Position numbers and translations under genes: made by a program. The notes beneath the pieces were generated by a model, which was given only the letters and a program-made list of their open reading frames with translations, ran no database searches and was not told the DNA's origin. A stretch of 64,000 bases of DNA, taken from Octopus sinensis. Lineage: Eukaryota. Shown one piece after another: positions 24,954 through 36,755 of this stretch; position 1 is the stretch's first letter, and each line of letters begins with the position of its first letter. Location of the stretch: the NCBI RefSeq assembly GCF_006345805.1, contig NC_043011.1, forward strand, positions 39,010,464 through 39,074,463. Reading direction: 5' to 3'.

Positions 24954-25320
24954 TCTCTCTTCTCTCTCATCTCTCTCCTCCTCTCTTTTCTCTCTCCACT
25001 TCTCTTGTCTCTCCTCTCTTTCCTCTCCCCTCTTTTTTTTCTCCCTTCTTTTTTCTCTCCCCCTTTTCTCTCTTCTCTCTGTCTCTTCCCTCTTCTCTCT
25101 GTCTCTCCTCTTCTTTCTCTCTCTCTCTTATTCTCTCTTCTCTCTCTCCTCTTCTCTCTCTCCTCAATTCTCTCTTCTGTCTTTCCTCTTCTCTCTCTCC
25201 TCAATTCTCTCTTCTGTCTTTCCTCTTCTTTCCTCTCTCTTCTCTCTCTCCTCTTCTCCTCTCTCTCCCCTTCCCCCCTCTCATTCCCTTCTCTTCTTTA
25301 TCTCCCCCTCTCTCTTATAT
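24954..25320. repeat. Polypyrimidine (CT-rich) tract
   Basis: About 370 bp almost entirely C/T on the + strand. Confidence 0.95.
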
Positions 25321-25887
25321 TCTTTTATTTCAGTAATTTGACTGTGGCCATGCTGGTGCACCGCCTTTAGCCAAATTGACTCCAGGACTTATTCTCTGTA
25401 AGCCTAATATTTATTCTGTCGGTCTCAATTGCCAAACTGCTACTCTCATTCGCTCTCTCTCATTTGCTCTCTCTCTCTCTCACAAATGTGCGCGATGCCA
25501 TTGTTTTAGTAGAAGAGATAAAAACTTCTGCTAGACATGTAGTAGTGGTTTGTCACTATAGTAAACATCATCATCAAAAGAAATTATTGCCATCATTATC
25601 ATCATCGTTATCGGTTCCTCCATCCATTAGTAATGAAGTTGTACAAACAACATAACACACAGTTACTTATCGGGGTCACCGTGTATCATGTGTCTGTGCA
25701 GTCAGGGACTGGTGGAGCTACTTGTCCTTATCTAGCGGAATGCTGGCCTGGATCATTGCCATTTGGTTTATTTACTACTGATAGGCCTTCATTTTTTTTA
25801 TCATTGCAGGTCCACCTAACAGAAATTAGAAAGATAATGATAATCCTTTCTACTATAGGCACAAGACCTGAAATATAATAATAATCC

Positions 25888-26471
25888 TAAAAAATAATTT
25901 TTTGTAACTAAACACTTTCAAACTTCGGACACTGGTAGAATGGGTCATATAAAATATCTTTTACTCTTAGCGTTTTTGAGAAAACCTTATATTTAAGAAG
26001 TTATTTCGTGTTAAAGTTGTCCTATTTCGGTAATTTCAACCAATCAATGACATTAATTCAGCTGAATAAAATTACTGCTGTTGTTTGTCAACAAGAACTT
26101 CCGGCGGTATATATTTCGTTTGTCACTGTTATTTATGACAACCCTAACCCTAAAACCTTAAAGCTAAAACCAGTACAAACACACAAATGTTGTCATAAAT
26201 ATCAGTGACAAACGAAATATACACCACTGATAGTTGTTGTTGACAAACAACAGCAGTAATTTTATTCAGCTGAATTAATGTCATTGATTGGTTGAAATTA
26301 CCGAAATACAAGAACTTTCACGTGAAATAACTTCGTAAATATAAGTTTTTCTCAAAAATGCTAAGAGTACAAGATATTTTATATGACACATTGTACCAGT
26401 GTCCGAAGTTTGAAAGTGTTTAGCTACAAAAAATTATTTTTTAAATCTGTCGGTCAAAAGGTAAAGATCCC
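25888..26471. mobile_element. Foldback-type MITE with ~255-bp inverted arms, left end truncated
   Basis: 25888-~26143 is the reverse complement of ~26189-26443; the right end continues to GGTAAAGATCCC; spacer contains CCCTAACCCTAA. Confidence 0.88.
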
Positions 26472-26870
26472 ATTTCTTCTGGCTCTTTGCATTATTGTGA
26501 GTTCAAATCCTACAGAGGTCAATCTCGTTTTCCATCCTTTTGCATCAGAGTTGATGCAGTCTTGTCCCCACACCATCAAAGTTGTTGGCCTTGAACCCTG
26601 CAACTGGCTGGAATCTGGTACAGGGGTGATTATTGTGGTTGTGTTTACTTATATGTCATGGAATCTGGCTAACTAGCCTTATGGGTCCTAGGTCTCTAAA
26701 AAAGAAGGGTGGAATGTACCTTATCATTAATCTCTCTGAGTCTTCCTCCGTAATTTCGGTTTTTAACTCTTGTTTCTATTTACAAAAAAATAACAAACAT
26801 TTGCTTATTTTTCATCTTTCTTTTTGTCTTTTCTTTGCTTTCTCTCTCTCTCTCTTTCTCTCTCTCTCTT

Positions 26871-26919
<49 letters not shown>

Positions 26920-27649
26920 ATTTCTGTCGACTCTCACATTTCTCTGTTCAGAATCTCTGCAGCGTCTGCTCTCGTTTGTTGACTATTGATAATGTTTCCG
27001 GCATTTTGATTGATTGTTTTGCGTGTTAATTTACGAATCTTAATTAATACCTGCATTGCGAAGGGTGCACACTGCAAGTATTAATAACTGCTTTATTGGA
27101 TCCAGTAATAAACAGGAAAAAAAAAAAAGACTGAAAGAACAGGGGGAGGAGGGTGAAGATAACTATTTTTAATGAAATGGAATCTTTGGTGCATGAGTTT
27201 TTATGACTTCTTTAGCTTTTTTTTTTTTTAATATTTTGCTGCTCGCTTTTTCTTTTTGTTCTTCAGTTCCATCCTGGATGTTTGGATGTTGTTGTTATTC
27301 CGGGTGCTACTGGAATTGTAAACTCAAATTGCCTGCAGCAAGGTGAAATGGATATCTCTCCAGGAAACTCATCGCCATTTATTGGGACTACAAAACAAAG
27401 ATGTTGACATAGGCTCAGTTCAGTTTGTGTGGATTTCTCCTTGATGTTGCTTGTTCCATGAGATGGATTTCTTTGAGATGTTCTATCTCATCTGTTTTAT
27501 GGCACAGGGTACAAAACACCAGGGTAAAGCTAATGAATGTGTGTCTTCATGCAACTACACCAATCCTTGAAGGAGTCTAATCATGGGGTCTCTTCAATCT
27601 GGTTGCATGATCCATCAAAGGCACCTCTGTATGATTTGATGAACAAGCT

Positions 27650-28075
27650 TCTGTGTAGCTGGATGAGCCAGAGAATGAAGGCATCTGTGTGGCTGCATAA
27701 GCCAGTGAGGGTCACTCTGGGTTGCTGCACAAGCCAGCGAGGGTACACCTGTGTGGCTGCACAAGCCAGCGATGGTACACCTGTGTGGCTGCACAAGCCG
27801 GCATGGGTACACCTGTGTGGCTGCACAAGCCGGTGAGGGTACACCTGTGTGGCTGCACAAGCCGGTGAGGGTACACCTGTGTGGCTGCACAAGCCAGCGA
27901 GGGTACACCTGTGTGGCTGCATAAGCCAGCGATGGTACACCTGTGTGGCTGCACAACCCAGCCGTGGTACACCTGTGTGGCTGCACAAGCCAGTGAGGGT
28001 ACACCTGTGTGGCTACATAAGCCAGTGAGGGTACATGTGTGTGGTGGTAGAAGCCAGGGATGGGTACCTCTGTGA
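27650..28075. repeat. 32-bp minisatellite, about 12-13 units
   Basis: Unit GAGGGTACACCTGTGTGGCTGCACAAGCCAG(C/T); CACCTG recurs every 32 bp from 27746 to 28002. Confidence 0.95.
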
Positions 28076-28548
28076 AGATGATTTAAGGCTGTATAGCTCT
28101 CAGAGAACAGTAAGTTTCTCCAAATGGGGCTGTTACTTCTTCATATTGAGAGGTCACAGCTCTGGTACCGTGGACATGTGCTTTTAATGTCACAGGAAAA
28201 AATGAACAGAAGTTATTTCTTCAATCAGCAGAAGACTTAGGAGCTGACTGAGAATAAGATAGATAATATCCATAGTCCCAGTTGGCCATGCTTAGGAATT
28301 CAGCTGGAAAGTGTAATGAAAGTTGCTTCTGGTAGGGCTCCATGGAGGAGGTGCCTGAGGACAATATTCTTGCAGCCTTCACAATAATAGTGTGTGGAGA
28401 AGGTGGATGGATGGATTGATCGATCGATTGACTGCTATTCGATTACTTTATCATGGCCAGCTGGTACTTAGGGGGTCCTTTGGAGGAATTAATTTATATA
28501 CCATCTCTTCAAACTTTCTGAAGAAAACTCAGAAATCATGATTTAGAC

Positions 28549-28886
28549 CAGGGGTTCTCAACCAGATTTTTTTTATCAATGGACTCCTTTGATTACTATT
28601 ATTATTATGGTGGACGCCCCCACACCAGCCATTCAATGTTTAAAACAAAGTTTTATAGAAACATCTTTCAAAAGTCCTATTTTGTTTTTCACACATTAAC
28701 TTGTGTAGGTTGAACTATGTAAAATGTCAGAGAAAGAAACCTAGCTGTTTCTTGCAATACACACCAATCGAAGGCAAAATCTTTTTAGGGGTTCTTACAA
28801 TGGTATTGTGGATCTTCAATTTACTATTTTGTAGTATGGACCCCCCAGCCCCCAAATCTTATATGGACCCTGATTGAGAGCCACTG
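28549..28886. mobile_element. hAT MITE with perfect 8-bp TSD
   Basis: TIRs CAGGGGTTCTCAA / TTGAGAGCCACTG; ATTTAGAC at 28541-28548 and 28887-28894. Confidence 0.88.
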
Positions 28887-30183
28887 ATTTAGACTTCCCT
28901 CTTGTAGCAGTCTCTGAGTTGCAGTTTCTTCCAGTCCCTCCCCTCTACTTGGCGCAGTGAAAAAGGTCATGGATATTGCTCTGCCCCTTCTGATTAAAAG
29001 CCCCTACTTGCATGCACAAATTAAAGATAAAAGGATTAAACAGAATGAAGCATCTATCCAACCGGGTGGTCTGCTGTATCTGTTTGTCTGTTCTGCCAGG
29101 TCCTTATCTCTGAGTACGTAGTATCTTATTAGCAGAACGAATGTTGTCTTCCGGCCAAAAAAACTCTGATGGTGGAATCACTGCTTTCCTCATGGAAGGG
29201 AGGTGGGGTTGGGGTTGGGATTGGGGTTAGAGGGTTTGGGGAGGTGTAGGTGGTGTGTGGACTTGGTGGCCAGTGGCGGGGGAGTTCTTGTTTGTTAGTG
29301 GTTTTGTATTGCGCACTGGTGTGATCTCAGTCATCACCATCACAGAAATCGTACACATCATCATCATCACCATACTCCTCATTATCACTGCAATCATACT
29401 CATCGTCACCATCACACCATCATACTCATCACTGCCATTGCCATCGTTATTACAATCATCATCTACATCATCACTCATCCTTTTCATCATTAGTATCATC
29501 ATAATTACTACCATCCATCACCTTTATCGTAATCATCATCACCATCAGTATAGTCTCCGTGTCTTATCTATTGACACAGATTATCATTCATTCTCTCATC
29601 AGTGTGTGCTGTTACCATAGCGATTATTCAACTCAGCATGACTATCTTTATTTTTTTTTTTGCTCTCCGTACAATATCAACAAGATGTTCAAACTTTATT
29701 TTTAGACTAATGTCATTTAATAGAGCTTTCTAATTTAGCTGCTACACCGCAACAGTTTTCATGGGAGTAGATTAGTTGATACCATTAAGCCCAGCATTTT
29801 ATTGGCCCTGGAAAGACAAAAAGGACAAAAAGCAAAGTTGACTGCAATGAGATTTGAACTCAGAATGCACCCGTCTCCTAATTTGTAAATAAATTATTTT
29901 TGATAAAATGTAGTTGCACAGTTGGCTGTCTAGGAAGAACTTTGCTTCCCAGTTTGGTTGGGCAGGTGTCTTCTAGTATTACCTCGTTCCAACCAAAGCC
30001 TTGCGAGTGGGATTTTGGATTTGGTGTAGGGAAACTGAAAGAAGCCTGCCATGGCTGTGTGATAAGAAGTTTGCTTCCCCTACTACATGGCTCCAGGTTC
30101 TTCTACTATAGCCTCAGGCCAACCAAAGCCTTGTTAGTGAATTTGGTAGCTGGAAATTGAAAGAAGCCCAATGTGTGTGTATG

Positions 30184-30490
30184 TCATCATCATCCTCATC
30201 GTTTAATGTCTGCTTTCCATGCTGGCATGGATTAGACAGTTTGGCTGAGGGCTGGCGAGCCAGAAGGCTGTACCAGGCTCCAATCTGATCTGGCAATGTT
30301 TCTACAGCTGGATGCCCTTCCTAACAATAACCACTCTGAGAGTGTAGTGAGTGCTTTTTACATGCTACCTACACAGAAGACAGTCAGATGGTACTGGCAT
30401 TGACCACGGTTGAATGGTGCTTTTTATATGCTATTGGCACGGGAACCAGTCAGGCGGCACTGGCAATGATCATGCTTGAATGATGCTTTC
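30184..30490 (-). mobile_element. SINE-like family C
   Basis: (CAT)n terminus and GGATGCCCTTCCTAAC motif. Confidence 0.8.
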
Positions 30491-30589
30491 TGTGTGTGTG
30501 TGTGTGTGTGTGGTTCATTGTTTCTGTGTTTGTTCCTCTCCCCCATCACTTAACAACTGATGTTCGTGTCTTTACGTCCCTGTAACTTA

Positions 30590-30883
30590 TTTGTTCCTTC
30601 TCGAGCCACGCCTGACTCATAAGGGCCAGTTTCCTTGGCGTATAGGTTCCCCACCTGGACGGGACGCCGGTCCGTTGCAGGTGAGCTACAAGATGCAGGA
30701 GGAAAGAGTGAGGGAAAATTGTGGCGAAAGAGTCAGCAGAAGTTCGCCATTACCTTCTGCCGGAGCCGCGTGGAGCTTAGGTGTTTCGTTCATAAACACA
30801 CACATCGCCCGGTCTGAGATTCGAACCCGCAATCCCTTGATCACGAGTCTGCTGCTCTAACCATTAGGCCACATGCCTCCACC
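30590..30883 (-). mobile_element. tRNA-derived SINE family E with 12-bp TSD, inserted in a SINE A
   Basis: Minus-strand head TGGCCTAATGG (A box) and GGTTCGAATC (B box); CCCTGTA(A/G)CTTA at 30578-30589 and 30884-30895. Confidence 0.88.
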
Positions 30884-30978
30884 CCCTGTAGCTTAGTGGT
30901 TCAGTAAAAGAGACCTTGTACTGAAGCATTTTCCAGCAAGCCTGCTAGTCCATTGCCATGGTTCAGTATTTCTTTTAC

Positions 30979-31009
<31 letters not shown>

Positions 31010-31332
31010 AGTAGTAGTATGAGTAGTATCCACAGATGATATCAATTTTAATTTCTAAGAAAATGTTGTACAACTGCCCAGTGTACGTCTAGGAGTATGT
31101 CGCTTGTTTGTATGGTAATGGATGTGGTGTGTATGTGTAATAGCATGCAATTAAAAAAATCTTACAGCTGGTTTTGTTTAAAAACCTCCCACCTACATAG
31201 GTATGCATTGTTTAAGTGTTGTTATATTGGCACCTGTATGTCTGGAAATAAAATCAACAACTGTTGTTGATAATTAGAATATGTTGGGGCTTTTGTTTAC
31301 CAGCGTAGCTACATATTTATTCACACTACTAT

Positions 31333-31369
<37 letters not shown>

Positions 31370-31619
31370 TGTGTGTGTATAGCCATGGCTGTGTGGGTTA
31401 AGAAACTTGTCTTGTGATCATGGAGTTTTGGGTTCAGACACACTGTGTTACCTTCAGACTTGTATTATATCTCCAGTTTGACCAATGTTGTCTGCCTGAA
31501 TCTAGTAACCAGAAAATGTTGAAGCCAGTTGTGTGTATATATATATATATGTGTGTGTGTGTATAATATATGCAGAAAGAGAGAGAAGCAATGTGTGTGA
31601 GTGTATATATATTTTTTTA

Positions 31620-32022
31620 TTCTTTTACTTGTTTGTCATTTGACTGTGTCCATGCTAGAGCACCACCTTTAGTTGAACAAATCGACCCCAGGACTTACTC
31701 TTTGTAAGCTTAGTACTTATTTTATCAGCACTTTTGCCGAACCGCTAAGTTACAGGGATGTAAACACACCAACATCAATTGTCAAGCGATGGTGGGGGGA
31801 CAAACACAGACACACACACACAAATACACACACACACACACACACGATGGGCTTCTTTCAGTTATCATTACCAAATCCACTCACAAAGCTTTGGTCAGCC
31901 TGAGGCTATAGAAGACACTTACTCAAGGTGTTCCACACAGTGGAATTGAACCGTGAACCCTGGGAATCTGGTACCATGTGGTTAGGAAGTAGATTTCTTC
32001 ATTAGAGCCATGGCTGTGCCTA
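31620..32022 (-). mobile_element. SINE family A
   Basis: Reverse complement of the family A tail, core and head. Confidence 0.85.
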
Positions 32023-32143
32023 CACACAGACAGACACACACACACCATATATGTATGTTGGTACTCATAGGCTGGCATCTCAAGGTAGTTGATTTCCATT
32101 GTGTGACATTTTGAACAGACCTGTTTTAGTGCCTTGTAAAGTA

Positions 32144-32618
32144 CAGGGTGGCCCAAAAGTAGATTTACAGTAATTCAACTATCTCTTTCGCATTCATTTA
32201 TTAAACAGTTTAGATCTGAATTAGGCAAAAAATATGAAACGATTATTCTATGCTAATTTAGTTAATTTTGTCAAGCTCCCTTTTTAGTTTGTAAGATAGA
32301 AATTTGACCTTTTCGTTACCAATCCGGCTGAAACCAGCTCTGGCTCTGTAGTACAAATGTCTTGTTTTCATAAGTTTTGAATTAAAATCTTCCAGCAAAC
32401 CTTAGTCACAATTTACGTTCCTAACACTAGCTTAATTTTAACTAAGTTATTTCACTAAATTCTTTGTTATAGTTAAAGTGATATATAAGTTATATTTAAA
32501 GAAACACAGAGCATCTCAAAATAAATACAGGAATGAAAGGGCTAAATGTAATAAAATGTTTTAAAAGAAATTTAAAGTGCCTACGTGATAACTGTAAACC
32601 TACATTTGGGCCACCTTA
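32144..32618. mobile_element. Tc1/mariner-type MITE containing a nested piggyBac-like MITE (32307-32545)
   Basis: TA-CAGGGTGGCCCAAAAGTAGATTTACAGT ... ACTGTAAACCTACATTTGGGCCACCTTA inverted termini. Confidence 0.8.
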
Positions 32619-33130
32619 GATGGAAACTATAAGGAAGTATGTGTGTATGTTGGTTGGCATTGGAGATAGGGACATCATTAGCACATCAGACAAAATGCTA
32701 TGCAGCGATTTTTTTCGGGCTCTTTTCATTCTGAGCTCAAATCCTTCCGAGCTCAGCTTTGGTTTTTATCTCCTTGGGGGTCGATAAAATAAAGTAGCAG
32801 TTCAGTTCAGTGTGGAAATCTGAAATGCTAAAGGGTTAAACTGGCCATATTTGACCCAAATATTCTATGTTCAAACTGGTCAGTTCTGGCCTCTCACACC
32901 TACCCTACAATGTCATTCTAAGAATATATAATAACATCAAAATCTCAGAGCCACATGATAATACATGATTAATATGAGACAATGAACAAGCTTTACATTT
33001 GACACAGTTATCTGAATGCTTGAGTTAAAGCTGACTGAAATTAGTGCCCCAGCATGGTCGCAGTCATGGTGACTGGAACGCAAGAGAGGTACAATTGCTT
33101 GTACTTGTAATTGCTCTACACTGTCTTGAC

Positions 33131-33806
33131 CTGTGCTTCTTAAACTTTTTTCATTCATAACCCCGTTTTTGATCACAAGATTTTTCTTGACCCCAGGTAT
33201 TAAATATGAAATAAAACATACAATAAATACATAAATCATTTATATTTTTGCAGAACAATATAAATATAGGTGTAGGAGTGGCTGTGTGGTAAGTAGCTTG
33301 CTTACCAACCACATGGCTCCGGGTTCAGTCCCACTGCATGGCACCTTGGGCAAGTGTCTTCTACTATAGCCTCAGGTCAACCAAAGCCTTGTGAGTAGAT
33401 TTGGTAGACGGAAACTGAAAGAAGCCCATCGTATATATGTTTATATATATGTATGTGTCTATGTTTGTCCCCCCAACATTGCTTGACAACCGATGCTGGT
33501 GTGTTTACGTCCCCGTAACATAGCAGTTCGGCAAAAGAGACCAACAGAATAAGTACTAGGCTTACAAAGAATAAGTCCTGGGGTTGATTTGCTTGACTAA
33601 AGCGGTGCTCCAGCATGGTCACAGTCAAATGATTGAAACAAATAAGAGTAAAATAGTATATAAAAAAAAAGTTATATTATCAAAATAAAAGTAGTTTTAG
33701 GATTTAGGATTTAGAAATTCAAGTGTTTGAATTCAATTTTCGCGACCCCCAGCATTTTACTTCATGACCCCATTTGGGGTTGCAACCCATAGTTTAAGAA
33801 GCGCTG
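33131..33806. mobile_element. hAT-like MITE interrupted by a SINE A
   Basis: Termini CTGTGCTTCTTAAACT / AGTTTAAGAAGCGCTG with GACCCC subterminal motifs; TSD not convincing. Confidence 0.65.
33267..33655 (+). mobile_element. SINE family A, full length
   Basis: Canonical head to tail. Confidence 0.9.
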
Positions 33807-34479
33807 CTCTAGCTCACACATTTGCCTGGATAATTTTGTTTGTAAAACTGAATCAGTAATTATTATGGCAATCTAAAACAAAAAATATGAAGCTAATTGC
33901 ATGATATCTCTGTGGAATGGTATTTGGTTTTTCTGCGTGATGATTGTCTGACGTTTTGTAGTTGCTTGTCTGCCGTTGCTATGACAAACAGTCATTTAAC
34001 AGAGAACTGGTGCTTCTAAATACCATCATCGTGTGCTATGGTACTGGCAAAAGTTTGTTACAGCATCTGTCTTTTTAGCTCTTGTTCAACCCTTTGCCAT
34101 TTAGGCTGGTTGTTTCTGGCTAAAAAGTTCAACTTGTTTTATACCCAAACTGGCCATACCTGGCCTCTAGCACCTATACTAGAATGTCAGTCTAAAGATA
34201 AGCAACCGCATCATCAAAATCTCTGTTACAACATAATGCAGGATAAATTCGAAACAATCGGAATAAGTAAGTCTTGCGTTTGACAGAGAAAGCCGAATGC
34301 TAAAGGGTCAAGGTGTAGAGCACTCTAAGTCTTCCAAGATGTGTGTGTTTATATATGTATATATATGTGCTTGTGCGCAAACACACACAAACATGAGCAT
34401 TGTTGTTTGCTTGAAGCAGATGTATGTGTATGAATTTGCTTACCTATCCTGGTACCAATGATCAGTTTTAAGTATTGAA

Positions 34480-34885
34480 AGCATGATTGAGCAGTAAGAT
34501 GCTTGCTTTCCAACCATATGGTTCCAAGTTCAGTCCTACTGTGTGGCACCTTGGGCAAGTGTCTTTTACTATAGTCTCGGGCCGACCAAAGTCTTCTGAG
34601 TGGATTTGGTTGATGGAAACTGAAAGAAGTGCATCATACACACACACACACACACACACATGCATATATGTATGTATATGTATGTGTTTGTCCCTCATCA
34701 TTGCTTGATAACTGGAGTTGGTGTGTTTACATCCCTGTAACTTAGTGGTTCAGTGAAAGAAGCTGATAGAATAAGTACTAAGCTAAAAACAAGTCCTGGA
34801 GTCGATTTGTTTGATTAAAACCCTTTAAGAAGCTGCCCCATCATGGCCGTAGTCAAATGACTGAAACAAGTAAAAGATAAAAGAA
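34480..34885 (+). mobile_element. SINE family A
   Basis: Degenerate head, canonical core and tail, internal (CA)n. Confidence 0.85.
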
Positions 34886-35376
34886 AGATATACTTTACAG
34901 TATTATGGACTGGCAATGGGGAAGTGTAAAATGGTATATGTTTCCTGGTCTGCTTCATATTCTTATATAAACCACCTGGTCCATAAAGGGGTCGATGTAA
35001 TCGACTTAATCACTTTGTCCTTGTTTGTTCCTTCTATGTGTAGCCCCCTGTGGGCAATAAAGATATAAATAATTAATATACGAATGACAAATGAACAGGA
35101 GTTATGTAGTCACTAAGGAAATGTTTACATGCCTGCTCTAATTATGCATGCCACGCATTGTACAGTGCAATTGTGCATTGACAGATCAGTGCAGATAAGG
35201 AAGGCTAGCTCATCAGATCATCAGTATGTCTTGGTTACACCAATGCTGCAGTTCTAGAGTTGAGCAGCATGCATATTGGGGAACATGTAGAATGATTTAT
35301 TACACACTGAAATTGTTGTTATATGAGGAAGGCTGTGAATCCTAAGAATAACATATCTCCTGACCTTTTATGGTTT

Positions 35377-35740
35377 ACTAGCAGTATCGCCCGGCGTTGC
35401 TCAGGTTTGTAAGGGAAATAACTATAAAGCATTTTTAGAGAGTTATAGCCAAAAAATAGCAAAAAAAATGGGAAAAAAATGATGGTATATTTTTTTATGA
35501 GAGTTAAAAAAGGTCGAGTTGCGCCCCCTGGACAGTCTGTGGTTTGTGTTTCTGATTCTCGACCCCATGTCGAATTTATCGATTTTTTTCAGAACTGGGG
35601 GAACTTTTCAAAATTTTCGCTGCGTTAGTTTTGAATTATGACATTGGGCTATGTGTGTGTCAAGTTTCATCAGAATCGGTTGAAATCCGTGGTCAGGGTG
35701 AGGGTACAACCAAACAGAAACACACACAGACAAACTGCCG

Positions 35741-35771
<31 letters not shown>
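35377..35771 (+). mobile_element. Non-autonomous Helitron/Helentron-like (HINE/Lep1-style) element
   Basis: Begins ACTAGCAGTATCGCCCGGCG, contains AAGTTTCATCAGAATCGG and ends ACAGACAAAC...(TA)n. Layout recalled from invertebrate non-autonomous rolling-circle elements. Confidence 0.6.
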
Positions 35772-35774
<3 letters not shown>

Positions 35775-35776
<2 letters not shown>

Positions 35777-36032
35777 TTCGTTTTTGGATTTGGTTTGTAA
35801 GATTCTTTATATGAGTTTGTGTGTTGAAACATATTCTGTTGTGCTTGAGGAGAGTCATTTTTTTTGTGCCTTATAATTGAACACACTCACCGGTAAAATT
35901 TCCACTTATTTTTATTTTCTTAAAATTTTTTCATTGCGTCTTGCAACCTTTTCAATAGTTAAGACTATTGAGTGTGAGTGTGTTAAATTATAAGGCACAA
36001 AAAAAGTGTCTCCCTCCAGACACAACAGAATA
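35775..36032. mobile_element. Penelope-like short repeat with partial inverted copy
   Basis: 35832-35890 is inverted at 35974-36032; related sequence at 36300-36670, 54120-54245 and 55040-55165; hammerhead-like motif at 35929-35955(-). Confidence 0.5.
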
Positions 36033-36040
36033 TATATAAA

Positions 36041-36095
<55 letters not shown>

Positions 36096-36244
36096 AAACT
36101 AGCATTGCAAGTAGAAGCTGGTACAGAAACAGTTGTAGTGAATCATTGAAGATGTGTTAAAGAATTTTCTTTGTCTTCTTTTTATTATTTGTGTGTGTGT
36201 GTGTGTGTATATTGTTGTGTCTAAGGAGTGTCATTATGCCAATA

Positions 36245-36755
36245 TTATTAACACATGCACTGGTTCAGTTTCACTTCATTATTAATAATAAAGGAGTGAA
36301 ATTGAACCGGTGCATGTGTTAATGATATCGGCATGAATCATTCTCCCTAGGCACAAAAAAATTTGCTTCAACACACAGATTCACATAAAGAATCTTGCAA
36401 ACTAAATACATAAACAAAGTGTATGCACACACACACACACATACACATACACACAACATACACACATAGGCATATATACACAGGCACATATCCCTGTCTA
36501 TCTGGTTCAGTTCCACTTCTTCATTATTAATAATAAAGCGGTGAAATTGAACCGGTGCATGTGTTAATAATATCGGCATGAATCATTCTCCCTAGGCACA
36601 AAAAAATTTGTTTCAACACACGGATTCACATAAAGAATCTTGCAAACTAAATACGTAAACAAAATACACACACACACACACACACACACACACGTATACA
36701 TACGTACAACATACACACATAGGCATATATACACAGGCACATATCTCTGTCTATC
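36245..36755. repeat. Tandem duplication, about 243-bp unit
   Basis: GGTTCAGTT(T/C)CACTTC at about 36262 and 36503; GTGAAATTGAACCGGTGCATGTGTTAAT twice. Confidence 0.88.

Noticed and set aside
27043-27085. Short hairpin ATTAATACCTGCA...TGCAAGTATTAAT as a pre-miRNA
   Set aside because: About 43 nt, too short for a typical pre-miRNA, and no mature miRNA sequence I recognise.
27581-28004. Repetitive ORFs over the minisatellite
   Set aside because: The unit length of 32 is not a multiple of 3, so the peptide cycles through frames; no coding evidence.
27650-28075. CRISPR-like 32-bp repeats
   Set aside because: Units are contiguous with no unique spacers, there are no cas genes, and the context is eukaryotic.
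30810-30883. tRNA genes (also 1057-1125 and 43870-43940)
   Set aside because: A/B boxes are present but there is no complete cloverleaf; these are SINE heads or remnants.
33975-33989. RFX X-box-like GTTGCTATGACAAAC
   Set aside because: Imperfect second half-site and no promoter context.
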